From IMG/VR virus record IMGVR_UViG_3300010346_000241, positions 128,001-192,000 of that record: a stretch of DNA of 64,000 nt. One strand, written 5' to 3'. The stretch is from a virus (lineage: Duplodnaviria > Caudoviricetes). The position numbers were made by a program, and so were the translations under genes. This document shows positions 18,463 through 28,859 of the stretch, in pieces (within the stretch, counting starts at the first letter, position 1; each line of letters begins with the position of its first letter). Below the pieces are notes generated by a model that did no database searches, was not told the origin of the DNA, and was given only the letters and a program-made list of their open reading frames with translations.

Positions 18463-20853
18463 TTACATATTCCAAGCTCCGAGTATACCAGAGTTGGCTT
18501 TGTATCCTACAGATACTGAGCTACCCATAGGAATTGTGTTCACCGCAATGTCTGAATGCTGACCATTAGTCGCAAGCACTCTGACAGTTGAAGCTTCGTT
18601 TACACCAAGTATAGCAACTATGCGGTCCCCCTTGACCAACCTTGTTACTGACTTTCCAGCCTTTGCTCTTCCAGAAGGAAGTGAGTCTGGTGTTATCTTA
18701 TTGATGTATCCGTTAGCGGTACATATGAGATACTCTGTACTATCGTGTCTGAGTACGCTCATGCCGTTTACTTCTTTGTTCGTACCTCCCATAGAGATAT
18801 TACCCTTAGCATTACGTTTGAAGAGAGGAATCTCTGCGATGTTGAGCTTTAATGCTTTACTCTGATTGTAGATGACTATATCTGCATTGTCACTATAGAA
18901 GAAGTTGACGCTGACTACATAGTCATCTCCATCAATCTTTGTATACACAAGACCGCTAGGTGGAACTGCTAAGAAGTCACCTATAGTCATCTTCTTAATG
19001 AGACCGCTCTTAGTCACTACAACAAGATGACCATCTTTATACTGCTCGAACAAAGGCTCATAGATAACAGCCGTTATAGGAGCATTGATGTTCTTGTTGA
19101 CTATTCTGATGTCTGTTCCTGGAGAAGACTTATCTGCGAATGGTATCTTAGATATCGGGATATTGTATATCTTACCCTTGATATCAAAGAGAAGCACATT
19201 CTTAGCGTTGTCTCCCTTGATAAGGAACTTCACATTGTCACCAGTTCTAGTGCCAGTGATATTCTCTTCTGGTCCGAACTTCTTGAGCATATTCTGCTCT
19301 GACAGAGATATCTTAAAGATACCCTGAGGAATACCAGATGCTTCTGCAGCGGAGATGACTCTACACTTTCTCTTATCACCATACTTTCTCTTGATCTCCT
19401 CAAGTTCGTCTATGATGATCTGGTCAAGTGCATCGTCATTAGCGATGATGTTTGCACATATCTTAGCCTCTGCTTCAAGCTGGTCTCTCTCTTCTTTGAA
19501 TCTAAGATACCATCCCTGTGAAAGCTTCTTAACTTCCATATCAATGATAAACTTAGCCTGAAGATCAGTGAAACCGAACTTCTTAATCAGATCCTCTATG
19601 AGCTCTGCATCGTTGACAACTTTCTTCTTACGAATAAGTCCAAGTACTTCATCAGTAACCTTCTTCGACTCAAATGCCCAAATGTAGTTGTTTACTACAT
19701 GTAGACGAGTCTGAAGTTTCTGATGCTTATGGCAGTAGTATCTCTGCTTAGTGATACGTCTGATATCAATGAAGTGAGTGAGATACTCTGTGTAGTTCAT
19801 TCTCTTTGTAGATACATACATTCCATCATCTACGAATACCTTCAGATAAAGACGGAATGTGTTCTGAAGTCTGGTGTTGTTATAGATACTCTCCTTAACG
19901 AAGTTAGGATCTACACCAGGTCTGAGAACGAGGATGTAATTCATATCATCGATATCTGACTCATCCTCGATGTCCTCTATACCGATGAGCTTATTATCCT
20001 TAACAAGCTTTTCGATGGAAGCTATGATGTTTCCAAGATAAGTGAGATTAGGACAACTGCGTATAGCAAGGACAGTACGTCCCTTATACTTCTTAGTCTT
20101 GCCGAAGTACTCCTTAATCTCTATCACACCTCTTACTTTGTATAAACCATAACCAGTTCTAGACATTTCCTTCCAGTCTGTGTCTATGATCTCACAAGCC
20201 TGAGTGTGATCAGGTATAAGGACTACCTGGTGATTAGGATCCTTGATAAGTCTGATAGTTTCATCAATTACCTCACAGATGTTATGTGAAGGCACATCAA
20301 CCTTATCACCAACGCTCATATGCATTGAGCCGTTTAACAGAAGAAGCGGAACCTTAGTAGGTAAGTACAATGGTTCAAAACTCTTCTTATCGTAGTTATG
20401 AGTCCAGTCTATGACATCCTTAAACTGCATAACTTCATCGAGTACTACGTCTCTACAGAATTCAGAGATAGCAGCCTCAGTATATCGTGGCGAAGCGCCA
20501 GTACTGGTATAAGTGTTACCAAAGTTACCCTGTCCAAGAAACAGAGGATACTTCGTCTGATACCAGTTTATCATTGTATAGAGTGCTGTTTGTATACCAG
20601 CATCTCCATGCGGATGGTCGTGAGCCATTGTCTCACCAATGATATTGGCACATTTGGTAAGACTAGGTCTTTCATTTTCCTTAAAGTATGCATGGCAATA
20701 CTCCCATGCACAATGTACAGTTCTTCTATGAACTGGGATAAGTCCATCGTTCATATTGGGAACACTTCTCTGCATCTCACAGTACAGAGCATAAGCTCTA
20801 TAGTCTCCGTGATACTCTCCCAACATGTTCTTTTCAACTATTGTTTCTGACAT
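18463..20853 (-). CDS. gyrA: DNA gyrase/topoisomerase IV subunit A
   Basis: DGLIPVHRR, HPHGD, QGNFG, catalytic PRYTE, C-terminal beta-pinwheel repeats; AAGGAGG RBS before MSETIV at 20853. Confidence 0.93.
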   Translation of the reverse strand: MSETIVEKNMLGEYHGDYRAYALYCEMQRSVPNMNDGLIPVHRRTVHCAWEYCHAYFKENERPSLTKCANIIGETMAHDHPHGDAGIQTALYTMINWYQTKYPLFLGQGNFGNTYTSTGASPRYTEAAISEFCRDVVLDEVMQFKDVIDWTHNYDKKSFEPLYLPTKVPLLLLNGSMHMSVGDKVDVPSHNICEVIDETIRLIKDPNHQVVLIPDHTQACEIIDTDWKEMSRTGYGLYKVRGVIEIKEYFGKTKKYKGRTVLAIRSCPNLTYLGNIIASIEKLVKDNKLIGIEDIEDESDIDDMNYILVLRPGVDPNFVKESIYNNTRLQNTFRLYLKVFVDDGMYVSTKRMNYTEYLTHFIDIRRITKQRYYCHKHQKLQTRLHVVNNYIWAFESKKVTDEVLGLIRKKKVVNDAELIEDLIKKFGFTDLQAKFIIDMEVKKLSQGWYLRFKEERDQLEAEAKICANIIANDDALDQIIIDELEEIKRKYGDKRKCRVISAAEASGIPQGIFKISLSEQNMLKKFGPEENITGTRTGDNVKFLIKGDNAKNVLLFDIKGKIYNIPISKIPFADKSSPGTDIRIVNKNINAPITAVIYEPLFEQYKDGHLVVVTKSGLIKKMTIGDFLAVPPSGLVYTKIDGDDYVVSVNFFYSDNADIVIYNQSKALKLNIAEIPLFKRNAKGNISMGGTNKEVNGMSVLRHDSTEYLICTANGYINKITPDSLPSGRAKAGKSVTRLVKGDRIVAILGVNEASTVRVLATNGQHSDIAVNTIPMGSSVSVGYKANSGILGAWNM

Positions 20854-21029
20854 GTGATATGACCTCCTTGTGTGATTATTGTAGAGTTCTGACCAAACTC
20901 CTTTATTACACCTATCTATAGTATACAATGGACACAAGAATTGGTGGAGGCTTGTGGCCTCCACCTTTTCTTGATTAAAGGAAGTTTCTCGAAACAGCGC
21001 AATCAACAGCGCTAGTAGGAGGGGATGTC

Positions 21030-21473
21030 TTATTCGTTTGCAGTGGAAGGAAGAACAGCCTCGAAGCAAGAGATGAACTTAACTTCACCTGTGTCTTTGT
21101 TGAGTCTCACTGCTGGCACGATCTTAAGGCTGCCGTTGTTGATAACGTCCTTAAGCTTTGTATAAGTTGCTGTAGGCATAGATACAGTGAACTTCTTGGT
21201 TTCGTTGTTGAACTCTCTGATCTCGCCGAGATCGATCATTCCCTTGGACTCGGAGCTATCAAAGAAAGTAGACTTTCTCATCTTAGCAGTGATAGCGCAG
21301 CAGTCGAAGCTACATGAATCGATAATAGCGATGAGCGTATCGATTATAGAATCGTACTTGTCTGAAGAACCGAGTTCAAACTCAGCGGTTGTGTACTTAG
21401 CTACTCTCGTAGTGTTCGGGTTAGGCTTTGTGTAGCCTTTCTTGTTGTTGTTGTACTTAGGGTTCTTGTTCAT
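21030..21473 (-). CDS. hypothetical protein between gyrB and gyrA
   Basis: 147-aa ORF with AAAGGAG RBS. Confidence 0.7.
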   Translation of the reverse strand: MNKNPKYNNNKKGYTKPNPNTTRVAKYTTAEFELGSSDKYDSIIDTLIAIIDSCSFDCCAITAKMRKSTFFDSSESKGMIDLGEIREFNNETKKFTVSMPTATYTKLKDVINNGSLKIVPAVRLNKDTGEVKFISCFEAVLPSTANE

Positions 21474-21599
21474 GATGATACTCTCCTTTAGATGTAGATT
21501 TTAATATCGCCCAATCGGGTTCGATTATATATATGTAGGATGAACAGTAAATGATTACGACAAAAAAGAAGGTGTGGATTGCTCCACACCTCCCTTTGA

Positions 21600-23963
21600 T
21601 CATCCTAAGATATCTTGTCTAGGCAGCTTTCCAATGCCCTTGAGAAGAAGATCCTTACTGTCGTTGAGCTTTCTCATCTCATTGATCTCACGATTGATAT
21701 CTTCAAACGTGTATCTTACGAGTAATCTCTCACCGTCAGGTCTCAGTGTACTTACACCAAGCATCTTCGGATTCATCTCACCAAGTCCCTTGAATCGCTG
21801 CAGATGAGGTGGTTCATGCTTACTGAATGCAAGTCTAAGTCCATACAGTGATACTACCTCTCCATTGAGCTTGAAATATGGTTCATTGGCGTTTAAGTAA
21901 CTCAGAACCATACCACATGCTGCAAGGAGTCTAGGTGTAAGATATATGTAGTGTGCCTTGTTTCCAGCTAAACCATCGAGAACAGTGATACCATTCTCAG
22001 TACGTACTTTCATGAATCTGTACTGCTTCTCTATGATCGACTTGAACTTCTTCGCCGTAAGGTCCTTATTGATAAGGATTGTCTCAAGCAGGAAAGGATC
22101 AATCGCATAGTTGGAAGCTGTACTCTCAAGTATGCTGATATAGTTGTCTGTTCTATCAAGAAGATCTGTGATGCTCTTTGTAGTCATAGGCTTACCATTG
22201 AGATCAGTAAGAACGTTGTCTACGGAGAACTTCTTCTGTATATACTGATAGTAGTCCTTCTTGTCGACAAAGTACTTATACTTATCTCTACCTATAGGAA
22301 CTCCAAATAACGGTGGTATTGCCGCGTAAACCATACCTGCCTCCAAAAGCGGTCTCGCATACAGTGCGATCAGCCTGAGGAGAAGTGTCAAGATATGTTT
22401 ACCATCAGGGTCAGCATCAGCCATGAATATAATCCTGGATATGTTAACCTTTGATATATCGAAGTTCTTACCATAGCCTCCACCTATGATTTGGAAGATA
22501 GAAGCTACTTCTTCGTTTTGGAATATTACGCTCGCTGGCTTCTCAAAAGCATTAGGTAACTTACCTCTTATGGGGTAGATTCCCTGAATGTTATTGTCTC
22601 TCGAGTTCTCTGCAGATCCGAAAGCTGAATCTCCTTCAACTATAATGAGCTCGAAGCCCTTCTTCATGTTAGGCTTCTTGAACTTATCAGGATAGCCCGA
22701 AAGGATAGATGACTTAAAAGAATTTGCCAGTTTCACCTTATCTTTATCCTGCTTCATTCTAAGCTCGATCACAGTTCTGAAGTACTTACAGAGATTCTGG
22801 AGATCAGTTGTATTGTTCTGACTCCACTTCTGAAGACCTTCATAAGTAGTCTGCGAAACGAATGGGAAGATATCCTCATTACTGAGTATCTCCTTGCTTT
22901 GGCCAGTGTACATAGCATAGAGATGGAATGTACTAATGACCAGTTTGAGTCCTTGCTTAATGTCGTTTATACCGCACACCAGCTTTACCTTGCTCTTTAC
23001 ATTAGCAAGATAAATCTTGTTCATGTACTCTTTGAAGAATCGTACAACTCCATCGAGTGCACCCTCAAGGTGTTTACCACCTTCAGTTGGACAAGTGTTG
23101 TTGAAGCTCAGATATTCCTCAAAGTTGTTCTCAACACTAGTGTCATAGGTAAAACATAAATCCATCTTCATCGTTCCATTGTCATTTTGTACAATGATCG
23201 GCGCAATGTATGGATTCTGGGTCATGTTGATCAAATGGGTTATCACCCCATCCTGATTGACTATATCCTCGCGGTGGATAACTCCATTCATGTCTATTCC
23301 TTCGAATGAACATGTTGTTCCTATTGGTGCCAACGGAACTATGGAAGCAACCAAGTCATATACATTCTCCCAAGTCAGACTAAACTTGTCAACGTTTAAA
23401 CATGCCTCAGAAGGGATGAATGTTATCACTGATCCCTGTTTCCCTTTGCAATCCTTCTTCGGGATTACTGTCTCGCCTTTCTTCGTGAGATGTCCCTCTA
23501 CGAATTCGGCGTGTCTTCCTTCGCCTAATACGAAGCTATCTATAATCATACTATGAGAAAGCATGTTAGTGACAGCACCGCCACATCCATTCTTACCAGC
23601 AGAGTATACACCCAGCTGTTTTTCATAGTTGGAACTTGTATGAGTCTGTCCGAAGATCTTGCCGATCATACCATGAGGTATTCCACGACCATGATCTGTG
23701 ACTGTAACTGCATTTGTTCGCTCATCAAATGTAAGCGATATATTAGCATCAAGAGCAACACCCTTCAGTATCTCATCAAGAGCGTTCTGAAGGATCTCTC
23801 TTATCATCGTTAAGAATCCCTTGTTACCTAAGGGTCCGATAAACACATCAGGAGTCTGACGGACTCGTTCTACAATGTCTTTGATCTCCTTGATCTGTGA
23901 CCCATAATTCTTAATCTGTTCTTCAAGAGATTCGGTGGTCTTCTTTTTTCTAGTGGTTGCCAT
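21600..23963 (-). CDS. gyrB: DNA gyrase/topoisomerase IV subunit B
   Basis: EILQNALDE, DHGRGIP, GKNGCG, VEGDSA, PIRGK, MADADPDGKHI and RFKGLGEM; start 23963 is tentative. Confidence 0.95.
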   Translation of the reverse strand: MATTRKKKTTESLEEQIKNYGSQIKEIKDIVERVRQTPDVFIGPLGNKGFLTMIREILQNALDEILKGVALDANISLTFDERTNAVTVTDHGRGIPHGMIGKIFGQTHTSSNYEKQLGVYSAGKNGCGGAVTNMLSHSMIIDSFVLGEGRHAEFVEGHLTKKGETVIPKKDCKGKQGSVITFIPSEACLNVDKFSLTWENVYDLVASIVPLAPIGTTCSFEGIDMNGVIHREDIVNQDGVITHLINMTQNPYIAPIIVQNDNGTMKMDLCFTYDTSVENNFEEYLSFNNTCPTEGGKHLEGALDGVVRFFKEYMNKIYLANVKSKVKLVCGINDIKQGLKLVISTFHLYAMYTGQSKEILSNEDIFPFVSQTTYEGLQKWSQNNTTDLQNLCKYFRTVIELRMKQDKDKVKLANSFKSSILSGYPDKFKKPNMKKGFELIIVEGDSAFGSAENSRDNNIQGIYPIRGKLPNAFEKPASVIFQNEEVASIFQIIGGGYGKNFDISKVNISRIIFMADADPDGKHILTLLLRLIALYARPLLEAGMVYAAIPPLFGVPIGRDKYKYFVDKKDYYQYIQKKFSVDNVLTDLNGKPMTTKSITDLLDRTDNYISILESTASNYAIDPFLLETILINKDLTAKKFKSIIEKQYRFMKVRTENGITVLDGLAGNKAHYIYLTPRLLAACGMVLSYLNANEPYFKLNGEVVSLYGLRLAFSKHEPPHLQRFKGLGEMNPKMLGVSTLRPDGERLLVRYTFEDINREINEMRKLNDSKDLLLKGIGKLPRQDILG

Positions 23964-24073
23964 AAGCAGCATCAATCCTTTCCAATTTGATTTATTGCAT
24001 TGTTATGGGATGTGTAGGATCGATAAAAATAAGGAGGTGAGAGATTCTCTCACCTCCCTATGGGATGTTGCGC

Positions 24074-25189
24074 TTAAAGGCTGATGGTGCTAAATGAACC
24101 TACAGGTGCGGCAGGAGCTGCATTAGGAGCAGCTGTTGCTGTTGTAGTTGTAGGGTTAGCCATCGGAGGAACTGCAGGTGCAGCTCCAACTGTAGGGATG
24201 TTCATCATCTGAGGTGTAGCAGGTGCAGATGTTCCTGTCATAGGAGCTGCGGGAGCTGCTGTAACCTGTGCAGGCTGTACACTGTTGAACATCATTCCTG
24301 TGCCGCCGTTAGGTGCAGGAACTGTGAATGCGCCTGTACCTGCAGGTGCTGTTGATCCGTTAGCAGGCTGTGAAGCTACAAGCGGATTTGCGTCTGCAGT
24401 CATAAGACCTCCTGTGGGCATAGGTGCGAAACCTGCAGCCTGAGGAGCATAGGGATTAGCCATCTGAGGAGCATAAGGGTTCTGTGCAGGCATTGCTCCC
24501 GCCATAGGCTGACCGTACTGAGCGTACTGATTCATAGGCATTCCGTTGCCGTTGAACATAGGATAAGCAGCCTGTGCATACTGTGAGTACTGATACTGAG
24601 CTGCAGGGCTGTTCAGACCGTTAGCAAATGCTGTCTGATATGGATTTGCCTGGCCGAAGAATGCACCAGGATTTGCATACTGGAACTGCTGATTGTAAGC
24701 AGCTACATTATTTTCGATGCTCTTCTTAGCCTGACCATACAGACGAGGAAGCTTCGGGAAAGCTGCCTGGATGCTGAATACATCTCTTGCGAACTCAGGT
24801 GAGATCTCAGAGCCGAGATATGTCTTGATCATGTTGAGGATGTTGTGCATAAGCTCGCATACCTTAGATACGTCCTGCTCAGTGATTCTTCTGTCAACCT
24901 CGAAGCGAGTATGGCAACGTGTGCAGTAGAACTTAGCTACTGTGTTGTCATCAGACTCAACCTGGAGTACGTTCTGTCCGTTTGATGAAGGAGAGTGATT
25001 GCAGTGAGCTACTGCCATCTCTTCCTCAGTGAATACGAACTCGTTTCCGCCTGTTGAAGCCAGGAGTTTCTCTTCCTTAGCGGTAAGAGTAGAAACCTGA
25101 GGCTTCTCCTGGATAGGATTGATTACTGTTGAAGGATAAGGAAATCCTCCTGTAGGTGCTCCGAATGTGGGTGTTGAATTGTACATCAT
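24074..25189 (-). CDS. Zn-finger-like protein with P/A/Q/M-rich low-complexity tail
   Basis: CNH...CTRC motif, then more than 200 aa of low complexity with NPYAPQ repeats. Confidence 0.7.
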   Translation of the reverse strand: MMYNSTPTFGAPTGGFPYPSTVINPIQEKPQVSTLTAKEEKLLASTGGNEFVFTEEEMAVAHCNHSPSSNGQNVLQVESDDNTVAKFYCTRCHTRFEVDRRITEQDVSKVCELMHNILNMIKTYLGSEISPEFARDVFSIQAAFPKLPRLYGQAKKSIENNVAAYNQQFQYANPGAFFGQANPYQTAFANGLNSPAAQYQYSQYAQAAYPMFNGNGMPMNQYAQYGQPMAGAMPAQNPYAPQMANPYAPQAAGFAPMPTGGLMTADANPLVASQPANGSTAPAGTGAFTVPAPNGGTGMMFNSVQPAQVTAAPAAPMTGTSAPATPQMMNIPTVGAAPAVPPMANPTTTTATAAPNAAPAAPVGSFSTISL

Positions 25190-25276
25190 TGCGATGTCCT
25201 CCTTTAATTAAAATTTTGTGTATATACAAGAGGGGAACCTCTCGTACCCCTCTATTGTATACAATTGTTGATTGTT

Positions 25277-25819
25277 TTACTCCTTGATTTTCGGATTCGA
25301 ATTCTCAAGGTTTGCCATGATTGCCGATGGGTTCATGAGCGGGAAGTCTTCGTTGAATCTCTCTACCTGATTTAAAGGAAGATCCTTTGAAGTAGAGGGA
25401 CTAGGATGTCCTGCAGCGAAGGTCTTCGGGTTTCTCATGTCCATGTATGCCTTTCTGTACTTCTCCTTAGTGCTGTCGTTTGTGATACCATCTGATATCT
25501 TGGCATCGAAGAAGTCCATAAGCATATTGAGATCTGCTCTTGCAGTGATTGATATGATAGCACTGTACTGGAATGCTCTGATCCTCATCGGACAGATATC
25601 GTACAGTTTATCATTGACATCGTTATTGAACTCTATTGAGTACATAACTTCGTTTGAGTCATCCCACATAATGCAGCTATTTATCTCGTCGACTACAGTG
25701 CTTCCATGATCTATCGTTACGATCAGGGGTACATCTATCTTCTTATCAGGATTAGCTCTAGCTGCATTAGTGAGCTGATGTAACTCTTTTCTGAGAGCTA
25801 CTACAGTTGCTTTATCCAT
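25277..25819 (-). CDS. hypothetical protein
   Basis: AAAGGAGG RBS; AACT-N6-TA motif at 25845-25856. Confidence 0.7.
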   Translation of the reverse strand: MDKATVVALRKELHQLTNAARANPDKKIDVPLIVTIDHGSTVVDEINSCIMWDDSNEVMYSIEFNNDVNDKLYDICPMRIRAFQYSAIISITARADLNMLMDFFDAKISDGITNDSTKEKYRKAYMDMRNPKTFAAGHPSPSTSKDLPLNQVERFNEDFPLMNPSAIMANLENSNPKIKE

Positions 25820-25865
25820 AATTGTAACCTCCTTTGGTTAGTATTATAGATAAGTTGACTGGTCG

Positions 25866-26627
25866 TTAAAGCGTGAAGTCGTAACCAGTCAAAACGTTGA
25901 AGTCAAGCGGTATGCTCATTCTGTTCTGCAGATTGTTGTTTCTGATTACATTGAGCATAGATGACTGAACTTCCATGATGGAAGTTATGTCATTAGGCTG
26001 AAGTGTGTTGTTGCATACGCCGATATAGATTCTTGAGAATACTATTTCGATCTCGTTATACATCTTCACAAAGATATCAGCTATCCGTTTCTGAGACTGA
26101 TAAGCAGGATGATTACATGCTTCTGCCAGCTCTCTTGCATACGGAATGCCGCCTACGTATTTATTCGCATTAGGATTATAAGTACCATCAAGTGATGGTG
26201 CATATGCGAGCCACTGATAGTTATGATCGATCTTCCTAACAAACACCTGTTTGGACTGTGCATCCATTCCTTCTGTCTGTTCATTGATCTGACGCTGAAC
26301 CTGTACACAATAGCTTACATTGTTAAGCATTGCGAATGCATTGCTCATACGTCTGAAGAATTCGAGTCTGCTGTGGCATACCTGGATAATGGACTGAAGA
26401 AGATCTCTGTTAAGAAGTCTTGTTTCGACCATATCCTTGTTGATGTCGATAAGACCATCTTTGATATCCCTCAGGATATTATCGATAGCTCTTATCTTTC
26501 TGTCGGGTGAACTGAAGTCTCTGTCCTGGCCATTGGCCCATCCGTCCAGAAACTTCTGACCTTTTCTCTCAGCCTGATTATCGAACCAGGACTTACGAGG
26601 CTGTCTGGGTTTGTTGTTTTGTGCCAT
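25866..26627 (-). CDS. hypothetical protein
   Basis: 253-aa ORF with AAGGAGG RBS. Confidence 0.7.
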   Translation of the reverse strand: MAQNNKPRQPRKSWFDNQAERKGQKFLDGWANGQDRDFSSPDRKIRAIDNILRDIKDGLIDINKDMVETRLLNRDLLQSIIQVCHSRLEFFRRMSNAFAMLNNVSYCVQVQRQINEQTEGMDAQSKQVFVRKIDHNYQWLAYAPSLDGTYNPNANKYVGGIPYARELAEACNHPAYQSQKRIADIFVKMYNEIEIVFSRIYIGVCNNTLQPNDITSIMEVQSSMLNVIRNNNLQNRMSIPLDFNVLTGYDFTL

Positions 26628-26651
26628 TATAGTGTCCTCCTTGTGGCTAGA

Positions 26652-27368
26652 TTAGTTGATGTCCTCTCCCTCAAGTGATGTATACATGGTCTGCTGAACC
26701 TGTGGAGTACAAGGAGTATCGTTGTTAGCCTTGATCCATTCATCAATAGGCTCAAACGAACCAGATTCATACGACTTAAGGACAGCCCGCATATAGGCAA
26801 GCATATACTTGTCTATAGCCTTGGCATCTTTTTCGATACAGAGTCTGATGAACTGAAGGAGTGGTACCTTCTCTTCATACTTGACTCCTGTGCAGAGTAC
26901 GAATGACTCCTCATAATCTATAGGATCATAGAAGTCTTCCATATCTTCAGAGGTCAAATCGTGTATCATGCTCACTATCTTAGCAAAGCAAAGACCTCTG
27001 CCTTCTGCTGTTATCCATCTGGAGCGAGTCCAGTCTGGGGCCGTCATATCCTGTTCCTCTAATGTAAAGCATACGAGATACTCTTTGTTAGAATGTATCT
27101 GCTGTGGCTTCTGAGGAGCAGACTGTGGTGATGTACCTACTACTGGAGCCTGTGGGGTTCTCTTATTCTTAGTAGGTCTCTTAGTTGTTGTGGTTGCACC
27201 ATCTGCAACCTTGACTGTCTTGAGGTTCTTCTTAGCCTCATCTGCCAGTCTTGCTTCTTTTTCTCTGATAAGTCTGAGATCCTCTTCGGTAGGGTTAGCT
27301 TCCTGTGGTGTTACCTCACCAGAAACTGGATTCACTATACCGAAGGGATTGATAATCTCATCGCTCAT
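26652..27368 (-). CDS. hypothetical protein
   Basis: 238-aa ORF; early-like motif at 27416-27426. Confidence 0.7.
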   Translation of the reverse strand: MSDEIINPFGIVNPVSGEVTPQEANPTEEDLRLIREKEARLADEAKKNLKTVKVADGATTTTKRPTKNKRTPQAPVVGTSPQSAPQKPQQIHSNKEYLVCFTLEEQDMTAPDWTRSRWITAEGRGLCFAKIVSMIHDLTSEDMEDFYDPIDYEESFVLCTGVKYEEKVPLLQFIRLCIEKDAKAIDKYMLAYMRAVLKSYESGSFEPIDEWIKANNDTPCTPQVQQTMYTSLEGEDIN

Positions 27369-27451
27369 AGTTTCAATTCCTTTCTGAGTCTTAGTATAGG
27401 TCTTGACTCAAAGGTATGATATGTAGTCAAAAGATGTTTTAAGACAACTTA

Positions 27452-27477
27452 TCCGTAGTGGACATTTCCACTACGGA
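27452..27477 (-). terminator. terminator after putative ncRNA
   Basis: tccgtagtgga-catt-tccactacgga. Confidence 0.75.
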
Positions 27478-27481
27478 AAGG

Positions 27482-27614
27482 TGGTGGCGGTTCTGTCAGC
27501 TTAGAGCCCCTAGTCTTTGATGGGACCCGCTTAGTAACTAGGCTCATTACTGTTATACTAATTTAACAAGAAGTACTGCTGTTAGAGCCTATCAGTGCAT
27601 AGCTGCACCGCCAT
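27482..27614 (-). ncRNA. putative ~133-nt ncRNA with tRNA-like acceptor stem and 3' ACCA
   Basis: AACA-atatag-TA promoter (27614-27625); 5' GGCGGU pairs with 3' ACCGCC followed by ACCA; internal stems; terminator directly after. Confidence 0.65.
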
Positions 27615-27647
27615 ACTATATTGTTGTGAGTTTGTTAGATGATTACA

Positions 27648-28859
27648 TCACTCTTTTACATAAATACAAAACTTTCTAAAGCGAGTAGCTCCAACGTAGT
27701 TAAGTTTGTGATTTATGCTTTTGTTGAGTGACTCCTCTATGTATATGCCATTGTCATACTCAGAGCCTTGAGACATATGAGTAGTTATGGCATATCCAAA
27801 CTCAAATCTTTCATACTTTAGCATTGGGTCATTTCTTAAAGCTTCACGCTCTTTGGCATTAGCAGTGAAGTATGGATATGAACACTCCAGATTGTGAAAC
27901 ACATTACTTGCCAAATCATTAGAACCCATATCTGGAGCGAAGTCTAATATGAACTTCTTACTTTTGTTGTCATAGGAGTACTTAGGATCGTTTATACACA
28001 TTCCTAAGAGTCCATTGGTGAGACTGATACCATCTGGAGTTTCTATATTCCAGTTATTCTTGCGACATACTACTCTCTCACCATACATAGGTAGTTGTCC
28101 TCTGAAGCCATATGTAGCTCTCATAAGATCATTATAGTAGTCTCTTGTAACGTTTCTGCCACAGAGTATGATCTTTGACTTCAGAAGCATATCCATAGTG
28201 AGTTGGTTTCGATCAATAACGAGTGCATCTTTCCAAAGACCACAATGCGGTCGTAAACCGTTCTTTACCATCTGAGATATATAGACTATACCACTGTCTT
28301 GAGCCTGTCTCATGATCTCCGTGAGGAAGTGTATCTTTCGGGGATCATTCAGATATGCAGGCTTATCATGTACAGGTGGTAATTGATCTATATCTCCTGC
28401 TACTATGACAGGTATATGATGTTTCTCTATAGTACCTCTCATCTTAGGTGGTATAGTACTTCCTTCATCCACCAGTATGAGGTCTATATCTGGTAAAGAT
28501 TCTCTTTCAACGTACACTATCTTCATTTTAGGTTTGTTAGTCTTCGGGTCAATGACCTGATTACCTTTTTCATCTAAGACTGGTTCTATTACTGGCATAT
28601 ATAACCATGAATGTGCAGTCTTAGCATTCTCCATACCATGAACTCTCATATTGATTGCGGCCGCCCCAGTGTACGCAAGTGGGGCGACTCTGTGTCTCAT
28701 TATACCGAGATATTCGATTATAGTGTTTATCAGGTATGTTTTGCCTGAACCTGGTGGGCCAGAGATCTCAAATGGTTCTGATCTATCTCCTTTCCACCAT
28801 TCCATAGCTGCGTCGAACACTATACGTTGGTTAGTGTTCAGTGATGCATAATCATTCAT
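27648..28859 (-). CDS. dda: Dda/RecD-like SF1B helicase
   Basis: GPPGSGKT, AYTGAAA, LVDEGS, GDIDQLPPV, IMRQ, YAITTHMSQGSEY and YVGATR motifs. Confidence 0.9.
   Translation of the reverse strand: MNDYASLNTNQRIVFDAAMEWWKGDRSEPFEISGPPGSGKTYLINTIIEYLGIMRHRVAPLAYTGAAAINMRVHGMENAKTAHSWLYMPVIEPVLDEKGNQVIDPKTNKPKMKIVYVERESLPDIDLILVDEGSTIPPKMRGTIEKHHIPVIVAGDIDQLPPVHDKPAYLNDPRKIHFLTEIMRQAQDSGIVYISQMVKNGLRPHCGLWKDALVIDRNQLTMDMLLKSKIILCGRNVTRDYYNDLMRATYGFRGQLPMYGERVVCRKNNWNIETPDGISLTNGLLGMCINDPKYSYDNKSKKFILDFAPDMGSNDLASNVFHNLECSYPYFTANAKEREALRNDPMLKYERFEFGYAITTHMSQGSEYDNGIYIEESLNKSINHKLNYVGATRFRKFCIYVKE

Noticed and set aside
20854-21069. Long N-terminal extension of GyrA (similarly the 48306 start)
   Set aside because: The extensions cross terminators and promoters; strong RBSs mark starts at 20853 and 48510.
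27482-27612. Canonical tRNA (GGCGGTG start, ACCA end)
   Set aside because: About 131 nt, no TTCRA loop and no standard anticodon loop; kept as an unknown ncRNA.
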